Below are positions 20,164-29,483 of a stretch of DNA of 64,000 nt, piece by piece (the first letter of the stretch is position 1; each line of letters opens with the position of its first letter). Origin of the DNA: an uncultured Dehalococcoidales bacterium (GTDB lineage: Bacteria > Chloroflexota > Dehalococcoidia > GIF9 > AB-539-J10); contig CAZPGJ010000001.1 in NCBI GenBank assembly GCA_964586515.1, positions 394,560 through 458,559 on the forward strand, read 5' to 3'. Both the position numbers and the translations under genes were made by a program. The notes under the pieces were generated by a model. That model saw only the letters and a program-made list of their open reading frames with translations, made no database searches and had not been told where the DNA came from.

Positions 20164-21285
20164 GTGATTCCGCTATTTGAACAGTACCCGCTATTGCGGG
20201 AGAAGCTTGCCTATGTACCGCTAGGCGAATTTCCTACCCCGGTGCAAAAGCTTGAACGATTAGGAGCTGAGTTGGGCGTCAGCCAGCTCTATATAAAACG
20301 CGATGACCTGAGTGGCAAAGTCTACGGTGGTAACAAGCCTCGAAAGTTAGAGTTCATTCTGGGCAACGCTCTGCGCTCCAAGGCGAAGGAGGTTATAACC
20401 TTTGGTGGTGCCGGGTCGAATCATGCCTTGGCCACTGCCATATATGCACGACAGGTCGGTCTGAAGAGCATCTCGATGTTAATGCCTCAGCCGAATGCCC
20501 AGTATGTTCGCCGCAATTTACTCATGAGCCACTACTGTGGTGCGGAACTACACTTGTGTGAGGCCGACTTGGAATCTGCAAGAAATATGCCGTTGGTTTA
20601 TGCGGCAACCACCTATCAGCTTTTGCGACACAAGCTGGAAAAAGGCCGCCTTCCCCACTTTATCTCTCCTGGCGGTTCTTCACCCCTCGGCGTTACTGGT
20701 TTTATTAATGCAGCTCTTGAATTAAGAAGACAAGTAACGAGTGGAGAAATGGCGGAGCCAGAGTATATTTACGTCGCTTGCGGTTCAATGGGCACAGCGG
20801 CCGGATTGACTCTTGGACTCAGGGTAGCGAAGCTCGGTGGCCGGGTAGTCTCGGTAGCCGTACACAGTGAAAGATTTACCAATACCAGAGCAATGATTAA
20901 ACTCATCAAAAAAACGAACTCTTTACTTTGTTCTCTGGACGCTGCTTTCCCCAGATTTGAGTTCTCTGAAACAGACGTTGATATTAGACACGATTATGTT
21001 GGCAAACGATACGCGCTCTTCACAGATGAGGGGATGGAGGCAGTATCCCTGATGAGAGAATGTGAAGAAATCAAGCTAGATGGCACCTATACAGGTAAGG
21101 CCTTAGCGGCGCTTAAACATGATGCAAAAAGCGGGAGCTTGCGAGGTAAAGCGGTCCTATTTTGGAACACTCTGAACTCAAGGGATTTCTCAAACGCTAT
21201 ATCTGACGTTGATTATCATGACCTACCTCGTTCGTTTCACCGTTATTTTGAGGAAGAAGCGCAGCCTCTTGACCATGACTACTGA
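20164..21285 (+). CDS. PLP-dependent ACC deaminase / D-cysteine desulfhydrase family enzyme
   Basis: 373 aa; PLP-lysine motif VYGGNKPRKLEF, FGGAGSNHALATA glycine loop. Confidence 0.75.
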   Translation: MIPLFEQYPLLREKLAYVPLGEFPTPVQKLERLGAELGVSQLYIKRDDLSGKVYGGNKPRKLEFILGNALRSKAKEVITFGGAGSNHALATAIYARQVGLKSISMLMPQPNAQYVRRNLLMSHYCGAELHLCEADLESARNMPLVYAATTYQLLRHKLEKGRLPHFISPGGSSPLGVTGFINAALELRRQVTSGEMAEPEYIYVACGSMGTAAGLTLGLRVAKLGGRVVSVAVHSERFTNTRAMIKLIKKTNSLLCSLDAAFPRFEFSETDVDIRHDYVGKRYALFTDEGMEAVSLMRECEEIKLDGTYTGKALAALKHDAKSGSLRGKAVLFWNTLNSRDFSNAISDVDYHDLPRSFHRYFEEEAQPLDHDY

Positions 21286-21300
21286 CCACATAATTCCGGG

Positions 21301-21365
21301 GACGCCATACCAATCAGGCCTGCTACAAATCAGGTCTTATGTCCCCACAATACAGGTAGGTATTT
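21301..21365 (+). repeat. cassette-boundary repeat, copy 3 (variant B)
   Basis: aattccggggacgccataccaatcaggcctgctacaaatcaggtcttatgtccccacaatac. Confidence 0.7.
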
Positions 21366-21437
21366 AAAACATCGAATGAAGCTACGTGTGCTTGAAGATT
21401 CGTTAATATAGGTGTACACTGAATAATCGAGTATAGA

Positions 21438-21908
21438 GTGGAGGTGGCTCTAATGAAGGCTTTAATAGTATATGACTCGGTTTATGGAAATACGGAGAAA
21501 ATCGCCAGGGCTATTGCTGAAGCTATTACCCCGTCCGGTGAAGTCAAGGTACTGCGGGCGGGCGAGGCGAATCCCTCGGAATTGGCATCTATTGACCTTC
21601 TCATTGTAGGTTCTCCGACCCATGGGGGCAGGCCGACGCCGGCGATTCAAGGCCTCCTCAACAAAGTCCCTGAGCGTTCTCTTCAAGGTATCAACGTAGC
21701 TGCGTTCGACACCAGAACCCCGACGAAACTCGTAGCGGTGTTTGGATATGCTGCTGGACGCCTCGCCCGCAATCTGAAAAGGAAAGGCGGTGCTCTCATA
21801 GCGTCCCCGGAAGGCTTCTTCGTTACAGGCACCAAAGGTCCGCTGAAAGAAGGAGAACTGGAGCGGGCTGCAGGTTGGGCTAAAGGAATTTTGGAGAGCA
21901 AGAAGTAA
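21438..21908 (+). CDS. flavodoxin-like fold protein (copy 1)
   Basis: MKALIVYDSVYGNTEKIA flavodoxin phosphate-binding loop; ~90% identical to 54900..55364 including ~80 nt upstream. Confidence 0.7.
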   Translation: MEVALMKALIVYDSVYGNTEKIARAIAEAITPSGEVKVLRAGEANPSELASIDLLIVGSPTHGGRPTPAIQGLLNKVPERSLQGINVAAFDTRTPTKLVAVFGYAAGRLARNLKRKGGALIASPEGFFVTGTKGPLKEGELERAAGWAKGILESKK

Positions 21909-21968
21909 ATTTGCAAGGCCCTTTCCCATTTCAACTACACGGTTATTCACTTTGGGACACGAGTAAGA

Positions 21969-22030
21969 ATTTCGAGGACAACATCCCAGTTAGACCTATT
22001 AAAAATCAGGCATTATGCCCCCAGAATACC
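21969..22030 (+). repeat. cassette-boundary repeat, copy 4 (degenerate)
   Basis: atttcgaggacaacatcccagttagacctattaaaaatcaggcattatgcccccagaatacc. Confidence 0.55.
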
Positions 22031-22206
22031 TAATACATTATTTAATGGCAAGGTCATCGGGGTGTGATGTATCCGGTAAATGTGATTGTCAAGACCAGTC
22101 TTGTCCTCGTAGCTTAGAAGCGATATAATCTGTCACACCAGCGATGAAAAACCACACTCCCTATTGCTACAGAACAGTGTGTTTCTATCATTGAGAGGAC
22201 GGACGA

Positions 22207-22671
22207 ATGCCGGATTTAAAGGCCGAATTCCTATGCACTGTAACTGCATATGTTGACTGGCGACAGGTCATAGATTTGGGAGTGACGCCGCATGGCATAC
22301 GGCAGATAGTATACATAAAAGGCGGCACATTCGAAGGCCCAAAAATCAAAGGAGTTGTCCTTCCTGGAGGAGGCGATTGGTTTGTTCGCCGGGCTGACCA
22401 GATGGTAGAACTGGATGTTCGCTGTGTCTTACGCACTGATGACAATCACCTGATATATTGCTGTCTCAGAGGTATTAACGAGATGACTGCTGAGGTTGCG
22501 ATCAAGGCAATCACCGGTCAATCTGTCGATTCATCGAAATACTACTTCCGGGTTACAACGGTGGTTGAAACCGGATCCAAGAAATATGCCTGGCTGAATC
22601 GTATTATTGCAATCGGAGTGGGGAACTTGATACCGGCGGGTGTCGAGTACAAGATCTACATGGTTCTGTAA
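22207..22671 (+). CDS. DUF3237-like beta-barrel protein
   Basis: 154 aa; GGTFEGPKIKGVVLPGGGDWFV motif reminiscent of DUF3237. Confidence 0.4.
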   Translation: MPDLKAEFLCTVTAYVDWRQVIDLGVTPHGIRQIVYIKGGTFEGPKIKGVVLPGGGDWFVRRADQMVELDVRCVLRTDDNHLIYCCLRGINEMTAEVAIKAITGQSVDSSKYYFRVTTVVETGSKKYAWLNRIIAIGVGNLIPAGVEYKIYMVL

Positions 22672-22768
22672 ATATGAGGCATGTATGTGCTGGGAGTTTT
22701 AACTGTCACGGTGTGTAGAGCTTTGCATTTGTCTGCCAAATTGTGATTACACTTTTTTGACTTTTAGA

Positions 22769-22832
22769 GAATTCCAGAGACGCCATCCTTCACCTTGTGA
22801 AGGACGAATCAGGTATTATGTTCCCAAACTTC
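22769..22832 (+). repeat. cassette-boundary repeat, copy 5 (variant A)
   Basis: gaattccagagacgccatccttcaccttgtgaaggacgaatcaggtattatgttcccaaacttc. Confidence 0.7.
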
Positions 22833-22857
22833 GCCACGACCGCCTGCTCTGTGAATC

Positions 22858-23103
22858 CTAGAGCTTTCCCAGGATTCTATGGTACTCATCCACACTGATG
22901 CCCATATCACGCAGTATCTTGCGTAGTAATGGGCGCACGATAACCTGCATACCGTGATCCGGGATAACGATTATCCGCCCTTCAGAGTTTTTGAAAGTAT
23001 TATGACTCCCATGGCGACGCTGCCACTCAAAACCAAGCTTTCCGCTACCTTTCTTAATTCTTTGTAAGTAGCCAGGCGGAGTTTGGTCAAGCCGATACCT
23101 CAA
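22858..23103 (-). CDS. hicA: HicA-family toxin (mRNA interferase), probable TTG start
   Basis: KKGSGKLGFEWQRRHGSHNTFKNSEGRIIVIPDHG...LLRKILRDMGIS matches HicA/YcfA; track ORF 5'-extended through hicB. Confidence 0.5.
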   Translation of the reverse strand: MRYRLDQTPPGYLQRIKKGSGKLGFEWQRRHGSHNTFKNSEGRIIVIPDHGMQVIVRPLLRKILRDMGISVDEYHRILGKL

Positions 23104-23320
23104 CGCGCCAGGTACCGACGAAATCGGGAAGTGGTTCTCCCGGCGAGGCCGTCTTGAGGTATACAGATATGGCTTCACGAACATTAGATTCGAGAGAGGG
23201 CAAATCTGGTGCCTGGGTATAGCAGCCCGGAAGCTCGACGACTTCGCCAACCAGCCATCTGCTTTCAGGGTCTCTTTCCACCACTACGGTATACGAACTT
23301 TTCATTTTAGCTTTGGCCAA
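23087..23320 (-). CDS. hicB: HicB-family antitoxin (UPF0150)
   Basis: 77 aa; YTVVVERDPESRWLVGEVVELPGCYTQAPDLPSLESNVREAISVYL. Confidence 0.65.
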   Translation of the reverse strand: MAKAKMKSSYTVVVERDPESRWLVGEVVELPGCYTQAPDLPSLESNVREAISVYLKTASPGEPLPDFVGTWRVEVSA

Positions 23321-23364
23321 GATTCTATTATTTTATTAAACGCAAGTTTAGTAAGTTTTCCCCT

Positions 23365-23396
23365 TATTAAACAAAATACCAGTTTTGTTTAATAAT
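23365..23396. promoter_or_regulatory. inverted-repeat operator candidate upstream of hicBA
   Basis: TTATTAAACAAAA-tacc-agTTTTGTTTAATAA perfect 13-bp arms, 45-75 nt upstream of hicB start. Confidence 0.4.
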
Positions 23397-23439
23397 ATCA
23401 CCGGCAGGGATAGTTAGCAAACCTTTATAGTTCCCCAGA

Positions 23440-23477
23440 GATTGCCACGCCCTGACAAGTCAGGGCTCGCAATGACA
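23440..23477 (-). repeat. mini-MITE (40-nt core, inverted orientation)
   Basis: reverse complement = tgtcattgcgagccctgacttgtcagggcgtggcaatc, same as 44152..44191. Confidence 0.55.
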
Positions 23478-23490
23478 CGCTAGTAGGGGC

Positions 23491-23557
23491 ACGAATCCCA
23501 GAGACACCATCCTTCACCTTGTGAAGGACAAATCAGGTATTATTTCCCTTGAATACC
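23491..23557 (+). repeat. cassette-boundary repeat, copy 6 (variant A)
   Basis: acgaatcccagagacaccatccttcaccttgtgaaggacaaatcaggtattatttcccttgaatacc. Confidence 0.7.
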
Positions 23558-23576
23558 ACCTCGGAGACTGCTTTCT

Positions 23577-24299
23577 TTACACACGCATTTCCCTGTTCTT
23601 TCTGCGAGATAAGATTGCATTATGCAATAGAAGTCCGGCGCATGCTGCCAGGACTGGAATAAAACCTAATAAGGCAATGAGCAGCGGTTGACCCTGACCA
23701 ACAACGCTGAAGAGCGTCAGCAGGGGAACTATAAGCCAGAAGAGAACGATACTCCATCTTGCTTCTTTGTTAACCCCGGCTTTGCTGAGCACATTCCTCA
23801 GTATTATGGAAACTGAGAAGAGGCTGACGAGGAATATCAGGAGTCCCAGAATGAAGGCAATCTCCTTGGTCATGACCCCGGCAGATATGAGGCTGGCAAT
23901 ATCGCCGAACGGCTTTATACCCCCGACAACAAGGTATCCAGCCGGGTTTATGAATGTCCAAAAAGCCAGCCAGAAAAGCGTAGATGAAGCCACCCAATTT
24001 GCCCTTTTCGAGAAGCTCAACAGCAAGATGAGCTGTAATATGAACGAGACTATCAAGCACATGAGTATGCCGCCCCCATCGACTAAGACCTCCTGCCAGG
24101 GCTGGAAACCAGGGGGCGGTGGGGCGAATCCAATGCCGGACAGCTTATAGGGCCAGAGTAAAGAGATGCTTACGCTTGTTATTCTGCCACCGAACGCCAG
24201 GACGAATAGACCATGACCCAAGACCTCGTGAACCATCTCGCCCAAAATCTTTGTTACGAAACCCAGGGAGAGAAAGACCATGAGGAACTTGAAAATCAT
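23577..24299 (-). CDS. polytopic membrane protein with HExxH (putative intramembrane metallopeptidase)
   Basis: 240 aa, ~7 TM; MVHEVLGHGLF zinc-binding-type motif in first TM. Confidence 0.35.
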   Translation of the reverse strand: MIFKFLMVFLSLGFVTKILGEMVHEVLGHGLFVLAFGGRITSVSISLLWPYKLSGIGFAPPPPGFQPWQEVLVDGGGILMCLIVSFILQLILLLSFSKRANWVASSTLFWLAFWTFINPAGYLVVGGIKPFGDIASLISAGVMTKEIAFILGLLIFLVSLFSVSIILRNVLSKAGVNKEARWSIVLFWLIVPLLTLFSVVGQGQPLLIALLGFIPVLAACAGLLLHNAILSRRKNREMRV

Positions 24300-24503
24300 C
24301 TATTTCCTCCTGCTTTTCTGAATGAAGATGCCGCAGGATGCAAGAATTGCGCTTATGATTGCGAGCGGAATAGTGTAAGCACGCAATGGATAGGTTATCA
24401 CCGGCAGAAGCCCGGTTGACCTCGATTCATAGAAATAACTGAACAGGGCAAGTGCTACGAATATGACGGAAAGAACGATGTAGACTACTGCGTTTCTTTT
24501 CAT
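24300..24503 (-). CDS. small two-TM membrane protein
   Basis: start at MKRNAVVYIVLSVIFVALALF; abuts preceding gene (stop/start adjacent). Confidence 0.35.
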   Translation of the reverse strand: MKRNAVVYIVLSVIFVALALFSYFYESRSTGLLPVITYPLRAYTIPLAIISAILASCGIFIQKSRRK

Positions 24504-24607
24504 CCTGGCGCTACCTCCATCTCCGGGAACCACAAGTCCATACCCGGAGTACCCGACTTAATTCGGTCTACCAAATACTATCATACCGATGGGGATGCTG
24601 TAACCCG

Positions 24608-24672
24608 TAATTCCAGGGACGCCATCCTTCACCTTGTGAAGGACAAATCAGGTATCATTTCCCAGAATACCC
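24608..24672 (+). repeat. cassette-boundary repeat, copy 7 (variant A)
   Basis: gtaattccagggacgccatccttcaccttgtgaaggacaaatcaggtatcatttcccagaatacc. Confidence 0.75.
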
Positions 24673-24734
24673 TATAGTACGAGGTACATTAAAGCACGCT
24701 TGAAGAAAGCTGGCAGTGTCTAATACTTGATTTT

Positions 24735-24774
24735 GTTACCCAATACGGGTAATATAGTACCCGAAATGGGTAAC
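24735..24774. promoter_or_regulatory. nested inverted repeats (operator candidate) upstream of MNT gene
   Basis: GTTACCCaatacGGGTAATatagTACCCgaaatGGGTAAC ends 5 nt before the start codon. Confidence 0.4.
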
Positions 24775-24778
24775 ATCT

Positions 24779-25378
24779 ATGAATGAAAATTTGTTATGCA
24801 GTGGTCTCTTCGGCAAAACACGGCAGGCGGTCCTTGCGCTCCTCTATGGGCGAGCGGATAGCTCTTTTTATACCAAACAAATACTGGACGCCGTGAAAAT
24901 CGGACGGGGAACGGTGCAGCGAGAGCTGAAAAACCTGACGGACACGGGCATCATCACCCGTGAAGTTCAAGGGAGACAGGTATATTATCGAGCCAATGCC
25001 CGTTGCCCTATCTTCGATGAGCTCAAAAGCATCGTGAGGAAAACCTTCGGCATGGCTGATGTCATCAGACAGTCTCTGGCGGCTAATGCAGATAAAATAC
25101 GGGTAGCTTTTATCTTCGGCTCAGTAGCCAAGAGCACGGATGACCGAAGAAGTGACATTGACCTGATGGTGGTGGGCAAAATCTCTTTTGGAGACGTGGT
25201 TTCGCTTCTCACCCCGGCAGAACAAAAACTAGGGCGCGAGGTTAATCCTGTTGTCTACCCGATTGCCGAATTCAAGAAGAAAGTGAAAGAGGACCATCAT
25301 TTCGTCAAGACAGTGCTTGAGGATGAGAAGATATTTGTGATAGGCGATGAAGATGAGCTTAGAAAACTGGCTGAATGA
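24779..25378 (+). CDS. wHTH + minimal nucleotidyltransferase (MNT) antitoxin-like protein
   Basis: 199 aa; N-terminal winged helix, NTase motif GSVAKSTDDRRSDIDLMVV. Confidence 0.7.
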   Translation: MNENLLCSGLFGKTRQAVLALLYGRADSSFYTKQILDAVKIGRGTVQRELKNLTDTGIITREVQGRQVYYRANARCPIFDELKSIVRKTFGMADVIRQSLAANADKIRVAFIFGSVAKSTDDRRSDIDLMVVGKISFGDVVSLLTPAEQKLGREVNPVVYPIAEFKKKVKEDHHFVKTVLEDEKIFVIGDEDELRKLAE

Positions 25379-25799
25379 TAAACTGATTGTGAAACACCGC
25401 CCATCGGCAGCTGAAATTGCCGAACTGTTGCATATCTGCGACCGTGACCTGGAAAAAGCACAGATAATCGAACTCGGTCCAGACTGGCGATTGAGTATTG
25501 CGCATAATGCGGCTGTCCAAACTGCTAAGGCGGCACTGGCAGCAGTTGGCTATCGCGCTCGGAAAGAGGGGCAGCATTATCTTGTTCTGCAATCATTGGC
25601 TTTCACCATTAAAGCAAACCCCGCTATAATTAAGCAATTGGACAAGTTCCGTGAAAAACGTAATATCAGCGATTATGAAAGAGCTGGACTGGTCACTGAA
25701 CAAGAAGCTGAAGAAATGATAGTACTGGCGAAACAACTCCGCGATGATGTTGAGCAATGGCTCCGTGCTCATTATCCTAGTCTTGCCAGAGAGATTTAG
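25347..25799 (+). CDS. HEPN domain protein (toxin-like partner of MNT)
   Basis: 150 aa; overlaps MNT 3' end; Rx4HxY-like region RNISDYERAG. Confidence 0.6.
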   Translation: MKMSLENWLNDKLIVKHRPSAAEIAELLHICDRDLEKAQIIELGPDWRLSIAHNAAVQTAKAALAAVGYRARKEGQHYLVLQSLAFTIKANPAIIKQLDKFREKRNISDYERAGLVTEQEAEEMIVLAKQLRDDVEQWLRAHYPSLAREI

Positions 25800-25811
25800 A
25801 TGCCGGTGCAT

Positions 25812-25876
25812 GAATTCCAGGGACAGCATCCTTCACCTTGTGAAGGACAAATCAGGTATCTTTTCCCAGAATACCT
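25812..25876 (+). repeat. cassette-boundary repeat, copy 8 (variant A)
   Basis: gaattccagggacagcatccttcaccttgtgaaggacaaatcaggtatcttttcccagaatacc. Confidence 0.75.
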
Positions 25877-25929
25877 CAGGCGCAATGCCATATTGGCACG
25901 GGAAAAGTGAGCCGGGCTTCGATTTCTCC

Positions 25930-26520
25930 TTACATATCTCCCTTTGACGAGACCTCATCCGGCTGGCGGCGTGGCTCTTTTACCAGGACCAGCACCAGGA
26001 TAAAGCCTACCGCCGCGATTATTGCGCCCACAAGGAATATTGTGCGGAAACCGATTAATTCCGAGAGGAAACCGCCGAAGGCCGGACCTATCATCCAGCC
26101 GAGGGCTATCGTCTGTTGATAGACACCCATAGCCCAGCCTCTCTTATCCTCAGTAATGATGTCGGCTATGTAGGCTGTGACCGAAGCACCGATGGCGACC
26201 CAGGCGGCGCCTTCGAGGACCTGTATGCCATAGACCACCATATAACCCTGGGCCCGGAAATAAAGGACAAAAATTGTCGCAAAGGCACCCATCGCGCCGA
26301 GGATGACCGGCTTCCTGCCGAAACGGTCTGATATCTTCCCCAGAAGCGGGCCGAATATCAGCCCGACAGCGGAGCCGACCATATATATCAAGCCGATCTG
26401 GGTCCTCGGTGCCCCCAGCACCTCGCCCATATAGAGCGAGAACATGGAATAGACCAGACCGGAGCAAATCATCAGGGGTAGTACACAAGCACAGAGAACA
26501 TATAGTTTTTTCCTTCCCAT
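25930..26520 (-). pseudogene. MFS transporter N-terminal half (6 TM) - truncated
   Basis: 196 aa; MFS motif A-like GPLLGKISDRFGRKPV; only half of a 12-TM MFS. Confidence 0.5.
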
Positions 26521-26682
26521 AAGTCACACTCCTTAAAGTATATTTTCGGCAAAGGCCGCCCGATGGAGATACTTCATGCACTCATAGTCTGCCATTCTAT
26601 CTGTGTTTTGGCATAATTTACAAGAGTGCCGTTTCCCGATAATTTTGTGGCAGTAATCAGGTAACAATCGGTGAATTCCAGG

Positions 26683-26732
26683 GATGCCATCCTTCACCTT
26701 GTGAAGGACAAATCAGGTATTATGTCCCCAGC
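26683..26732 (+). repeat. cassette-boundary repeat, copy 9 (3' arm decayed)
   Basis: gaattccagggatgccatccttcaccttgtgaaggacaaatcaggtattatgtccccagcc. Confidence 0.65.
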
Positions 26733-26838
26733 CTCTTGCAAATATTGTTAATTTGCAGTACAAATAATATTGATTTACATGAGCATGTAACAGCTGAACA
26801 AGTTATAGGCTAAAATATAAAAGGAGGTAACAATAACA

Positions 26839-27483
26839 ATGGCAACAAAAGCGTCGCCGACCCTGCCCGAGTATCCCGCCACCCTGGCAATCGACTACCC
26901 TGACAGAGCTCTTAATCGGTTAACCACGTTCTTCAGAATCTTCGTAGCAGTTCCAATCGTCATTATTCTGTTTCTGGTAGCTGGTGGGAATCTTAATTTA
27001 CATGGAATGAGTGCTTGGAATTGGCAATATGCTGCGGGAGGCATCTTGTTTCTAGCAACCTTATTCATGATTCTTTTCCGGCAAAAGTATCCCAGGTGGT
27101 GGTTTGATTGGAATGTAGCATTGATTAAGTTCAGCACGCGTGTCAGTACTTATCTTGGTCTGCTTACAGATGTATACCCGTCAACTGATGAAGAGCAGTC
27201 GGTCCACATCGAGATCCCATATCCAGACGTCCCCAAAGACCTCAACCGTTGGTTACCGCTGGTGAAGTGGTTTCTAGCTATCCCACACTACATCATCCTG
27301 TTCTTCCTGGGGATTGCAGCCTTCGTTTGCGTGGTGATAGCCTGGTTTGCCATCTTGTTTACCACTCGCTATCCCAGAGGTCTATTCGACTTCGTAGTTG
27401 GCGTATACCGATGGTCGCTGAGAGTAGCTGCATACGCTTTCTTGTTGACGACGGATCGGTATCCTCTCTTCAGTCTGGACTAG
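26839..27483 (+). CDS. DUF4389 membrane protein (tandem domains)
   Basis: 214 aa; DYPDRALNRLTTFFRIFVAVP and IAWFAILFTTRYPRGLFDFVVGVYRWSLRVAAYAFLLTTDRYP signatures. Confidence 0.6.
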   Translation: MATKASPTLPEYPATLAIDYPDRALNRLTTFFRIFVAVPIVIILFLVAGGNLNLHGMSAWNWQYAAGGILFLATLFMILFRQKYPRWWFDWNVALIKFSTRVSTYLGLLTDVYPSTDEEQSVHIEIPYPDVPKDLNRWLPLVKWFLAIPHYIILFFLGIAAFVCVVIAWFAILFTTRYPRGLFDFVVGVYRWSLRVAAYAFLLTTDRYPLFSLD

Positions 27484-27495
27484 ATTTACCTGGCG

Positions 27496-27563
27496 GCTTC
27501 CGGGGATAGCATCCTTCACAAGGTGAAGGACCAGGCCTGCTACAAATTCGGAGTATAATAGGT
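27496..27563 (+). repeat. cassette-boundary repeat, copy 10 (long form: inverted-loop hairpin + CAGGCCTGCTACAAAT)
   Basis: ggcttccggggatagcatccttcacaaggtgaaggaccaggcctgctacaaattcggagtataatagg. Confidence 0.65.
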
Positions 27564-27628
27564 TGAAAAACCGGAGCGCACCTACATATAATTTCGCAGC
27601 ATAATAATTAAACAGGAGGTATATAAGC

Positions 27629-28525
27629 ATGCCGGTTATCCGTACGCCAGATGAACGTTTTTCCAAATTGCCCGGTTTCCCTTTTGCCCCGCACTATATT
27701 GAGGTTAACGGACTGCGCATACATTATGTGGATGAAGGCAAAGGAGAGACCATACTCTGTTTGCATGGCGAGCCCTCATGGTCATTTCTATACCGCAAAA
27801 TGATTGCCGCTATGTCCAAGAAGCACCGTGTTATAGCTATGGACTTTATCGGCTTTGGCCGGTCTGATAAGTTCACCGAGCGGGAGGCATATACCGTTAA
27901 GATGCACCTGGACACGCTGATGGGTTTTATAAAGGCGATGGGTCTTAAGCAGATAACTGTCGTGGTGCAGGACTGGGGCGGGTTGATCGGTCTGGCTGCG
28001 GTCGCTCATATGCCGGAACGGTTTGCCCGGCTGGTTATCATGAATACCGGCTTGCCCACAGGTAAGGGAAAGCCCGGCGAAGCTTTCCTGGCCTGGCGTA
28101 GTTATGCTGAGACTCATCCCGATATGCAAATCGGGCAATCAATACTTGGCGGTATGGCCCATCCCGAAAAGATTACCAAGGAAATCGTCGCCGCTTATGA
28201 AGCGCCGTTTCCGGATGTCAGGTATAAAGCTGGGGCTGCCGTGTGGCCGTTACTCGTCCCCATCAGCCCTGAAGACCCCGCTTCCGCCGAAATGCGGCAT
28301 GCTCGGGAGGTCCTGTCAAAGTGGAACAAGCCGGCCCTGGTCTTGTTTTCAGATAAAGACCCTATTACAGGTGGCGGTGACAAATTCTTTCGCTCTCTTA
28401 TACCTACAGCCAAAGACCAGCCGGAGATTATAATCAAGGACGCCGGCCACTTTCTCCAGGAAGAGAAAGGCGAGGAAATAGCTCAGCATATACTGGACTT
28501 CATAAAAAGAACGCCTGCTGCCTAG
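27629..28525 (+). CDS. haloalkane dehalogenase (alpha/beta-hydrolase, DhlA-like HLD-I)
   Basis: 298 aa; [15 protein letters not shown], nucleophile context [11 protein letters not shown], acid FSDKDPIT, His in DAGHFLQEE; co-linear with Xanthobacter DhlA. Confidence 0.8.
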   Translation: MPVIRTPDERFSKLPGFPFAPHYIEVNGLRIHYVDEGKGETILCLHGEPSWSFLYRKMIAAMSKKHRVIAMDFIGFGRSDKFTEREAYTVKMHLDTLMGFIKAMGLKQITVVVQDWGGLIGLAAVAHMPERFARLVIMNTGLPTGKGKPGEAFLAWRSYAETHPDMQIGQSILGGMAHPEKITKEIVAAYEAPFPDVRYKAGAAVWPLLVPISPEDPASAEMRHAREVLSKWNKPALVLFSDKDPITGGGDKFFRSLIPTAKDQPEIIIKDAGHFLQEEKGEEIAQHILDFIKRTPAA

Positions 28526-28552
28526 TATTTCAGCAGGTCTGGCCGGCTAAGC

Positions 28553-28613
28553 GAATTACGGGACGCCATCCTTCACCTTGTGAAGGACAAATCAGGTGTT
28601 GGGTCCCCAATAC
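28553..28613 (+). repeat. cassette-boundary repeat, copy 11 (variant A)
   Basis: gaattacgggacgccatccttcaccttgtgaaggacaaatcaggtgttgggtccccaatacc. Confidence 0.7.
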
Positions 28614-28741
28614 CACAAGAGGAAATGGTATTGACAAATGGTGTCATATATGATACCATAGTATCGCCCTGTGTGAAATAAGTTAGTAGCAGGGAGAAGA
28701 CCAAGAAAGGAGGCAGAGTATGTTGAGGAGGTTTATGTCCT

Positions 28742-28966
28742 ATGGCGCGTGGCAAAAAATCCCTGGAGGTAATTCGACGAAATCCTAGAAATGTGGCTTT
28801 GCGCGACTTTGAAGCACTAATAAAACGGTACGGATATATCGAGGAAGGCGCAAAGCATCCCAAGGCTATCATAGGAACGCACACGATGCCTTACAAAAGA
28901 GAAAGTCCAGTTAGATCCTGCTACGTAAAAGAGTTGTTAGAAATTATTGAAGAACAAGAGGCATAG
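28742..28966 (+). CDS. HicA-like toxin
   Basis: 74 aa; RNVALRDFEALIKRYGYIEEG..HPKAIIGTH pattern of YcfA/HicA fold; followed by HicB-like gene. Confidence 0.5.
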   Translation: MARGKKSLEVIRRNPRNVALRDFEALIKRYGYIEEGAKHPKAIIGTHTMPYKRESPVRSCYVKELLEIIEEQEA

Positions 28967-29001
28967 CTGGCTGGAGATTACGATTAAGATGGAGATTAAG
29001 G

Positions 29002-29433
29002 ATGGTAATTAAAGGTAATATAGAGAAAGAGCTAGAATACTATGCGAAGTTGCCTTATACCGTTATAGTTGAGCAATGGGATGACGGTGAAGGCCCTTAT
29101 TGGGTTGCCAGGATTGCAGAGCTCCCACATTGTCTAATACACGCAGATACACCTGAGGAAGTCGTGAAAGAGATTCAGGAAGTCAAAATGGATTGGATAA
29201 AGTCCAATCTGGAAAGAGGGCTGCGTATTCCTGAGCCGAGACTGCGCAAATATAGTGGTCAAATCAGACTCAGAATTTCGCCTTCACTTCATAGACTACT
29301 TGCCTATAGGGCTGAAACGGAAGGAATGAGCTTAAATCAATATATGGCTACGGCACTGGCAACGTCAGTTGGTATAACTAAAGAGCCCCCTCACTCGAGA
29401 AAGGCAAGAAAAAACACCCTGACAAAGGTGTAA
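29002..29433 (+). CDS. HicB-family antitoxin with C-terminal RHH-like DNA-binding tail
   Basis: 143 aa; YTVIVEQWDDGEGPYWVARIAELPHCLIHADTPEEVVKEIQE (RNase H-like HicB fold) + SLHRLLAYRAETEGMSLNQYMATALA. Confidence 0.6.
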   Translation: MVIKGNIEKELEYYAKLPYTVIVEQWDDGEGPYWVARIAELPHCLIHADTPEEVVKEIQEVKMDWIKSNLERGLRIPEPRLRKYSGQIRLRISPSLHRLLAYRAETEGMSLNQYMATALATSVGITKEPPHSRKARKNTLTKV

Positions 29434-29435
29434 CA

Positions 29436-29481
29436 AATTCCCGGGACACCATCCTTCACAAGGTGAAGGATCAGGCCTACC
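29436..29481 (+). repeat. cassette-boundary repeat, copy 12 (truncated long form)
   Basis: aaattcccgggacaccatccttcacaaggtgaaggatcaggcctac. Confidence 0.6.
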
Positions 29482-29483
29482 TG

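Noticed and set aside
21380-21440. Sigma70 promoter inside the duplicated flavodoxin leader
   Set aside because: The TTGAAG...TAATAT spacing is ~6 nt, too short. Conservation of the leader may reflect recent duplication rather than function.
22858-23250. 130-aa track ORF as the full HicA gene
   Set aside because: It overlaps hicB by >150 nt. The HicA homology begins at ~residue 50, so the shorter TTG-start version (22858..23103) was preferred.
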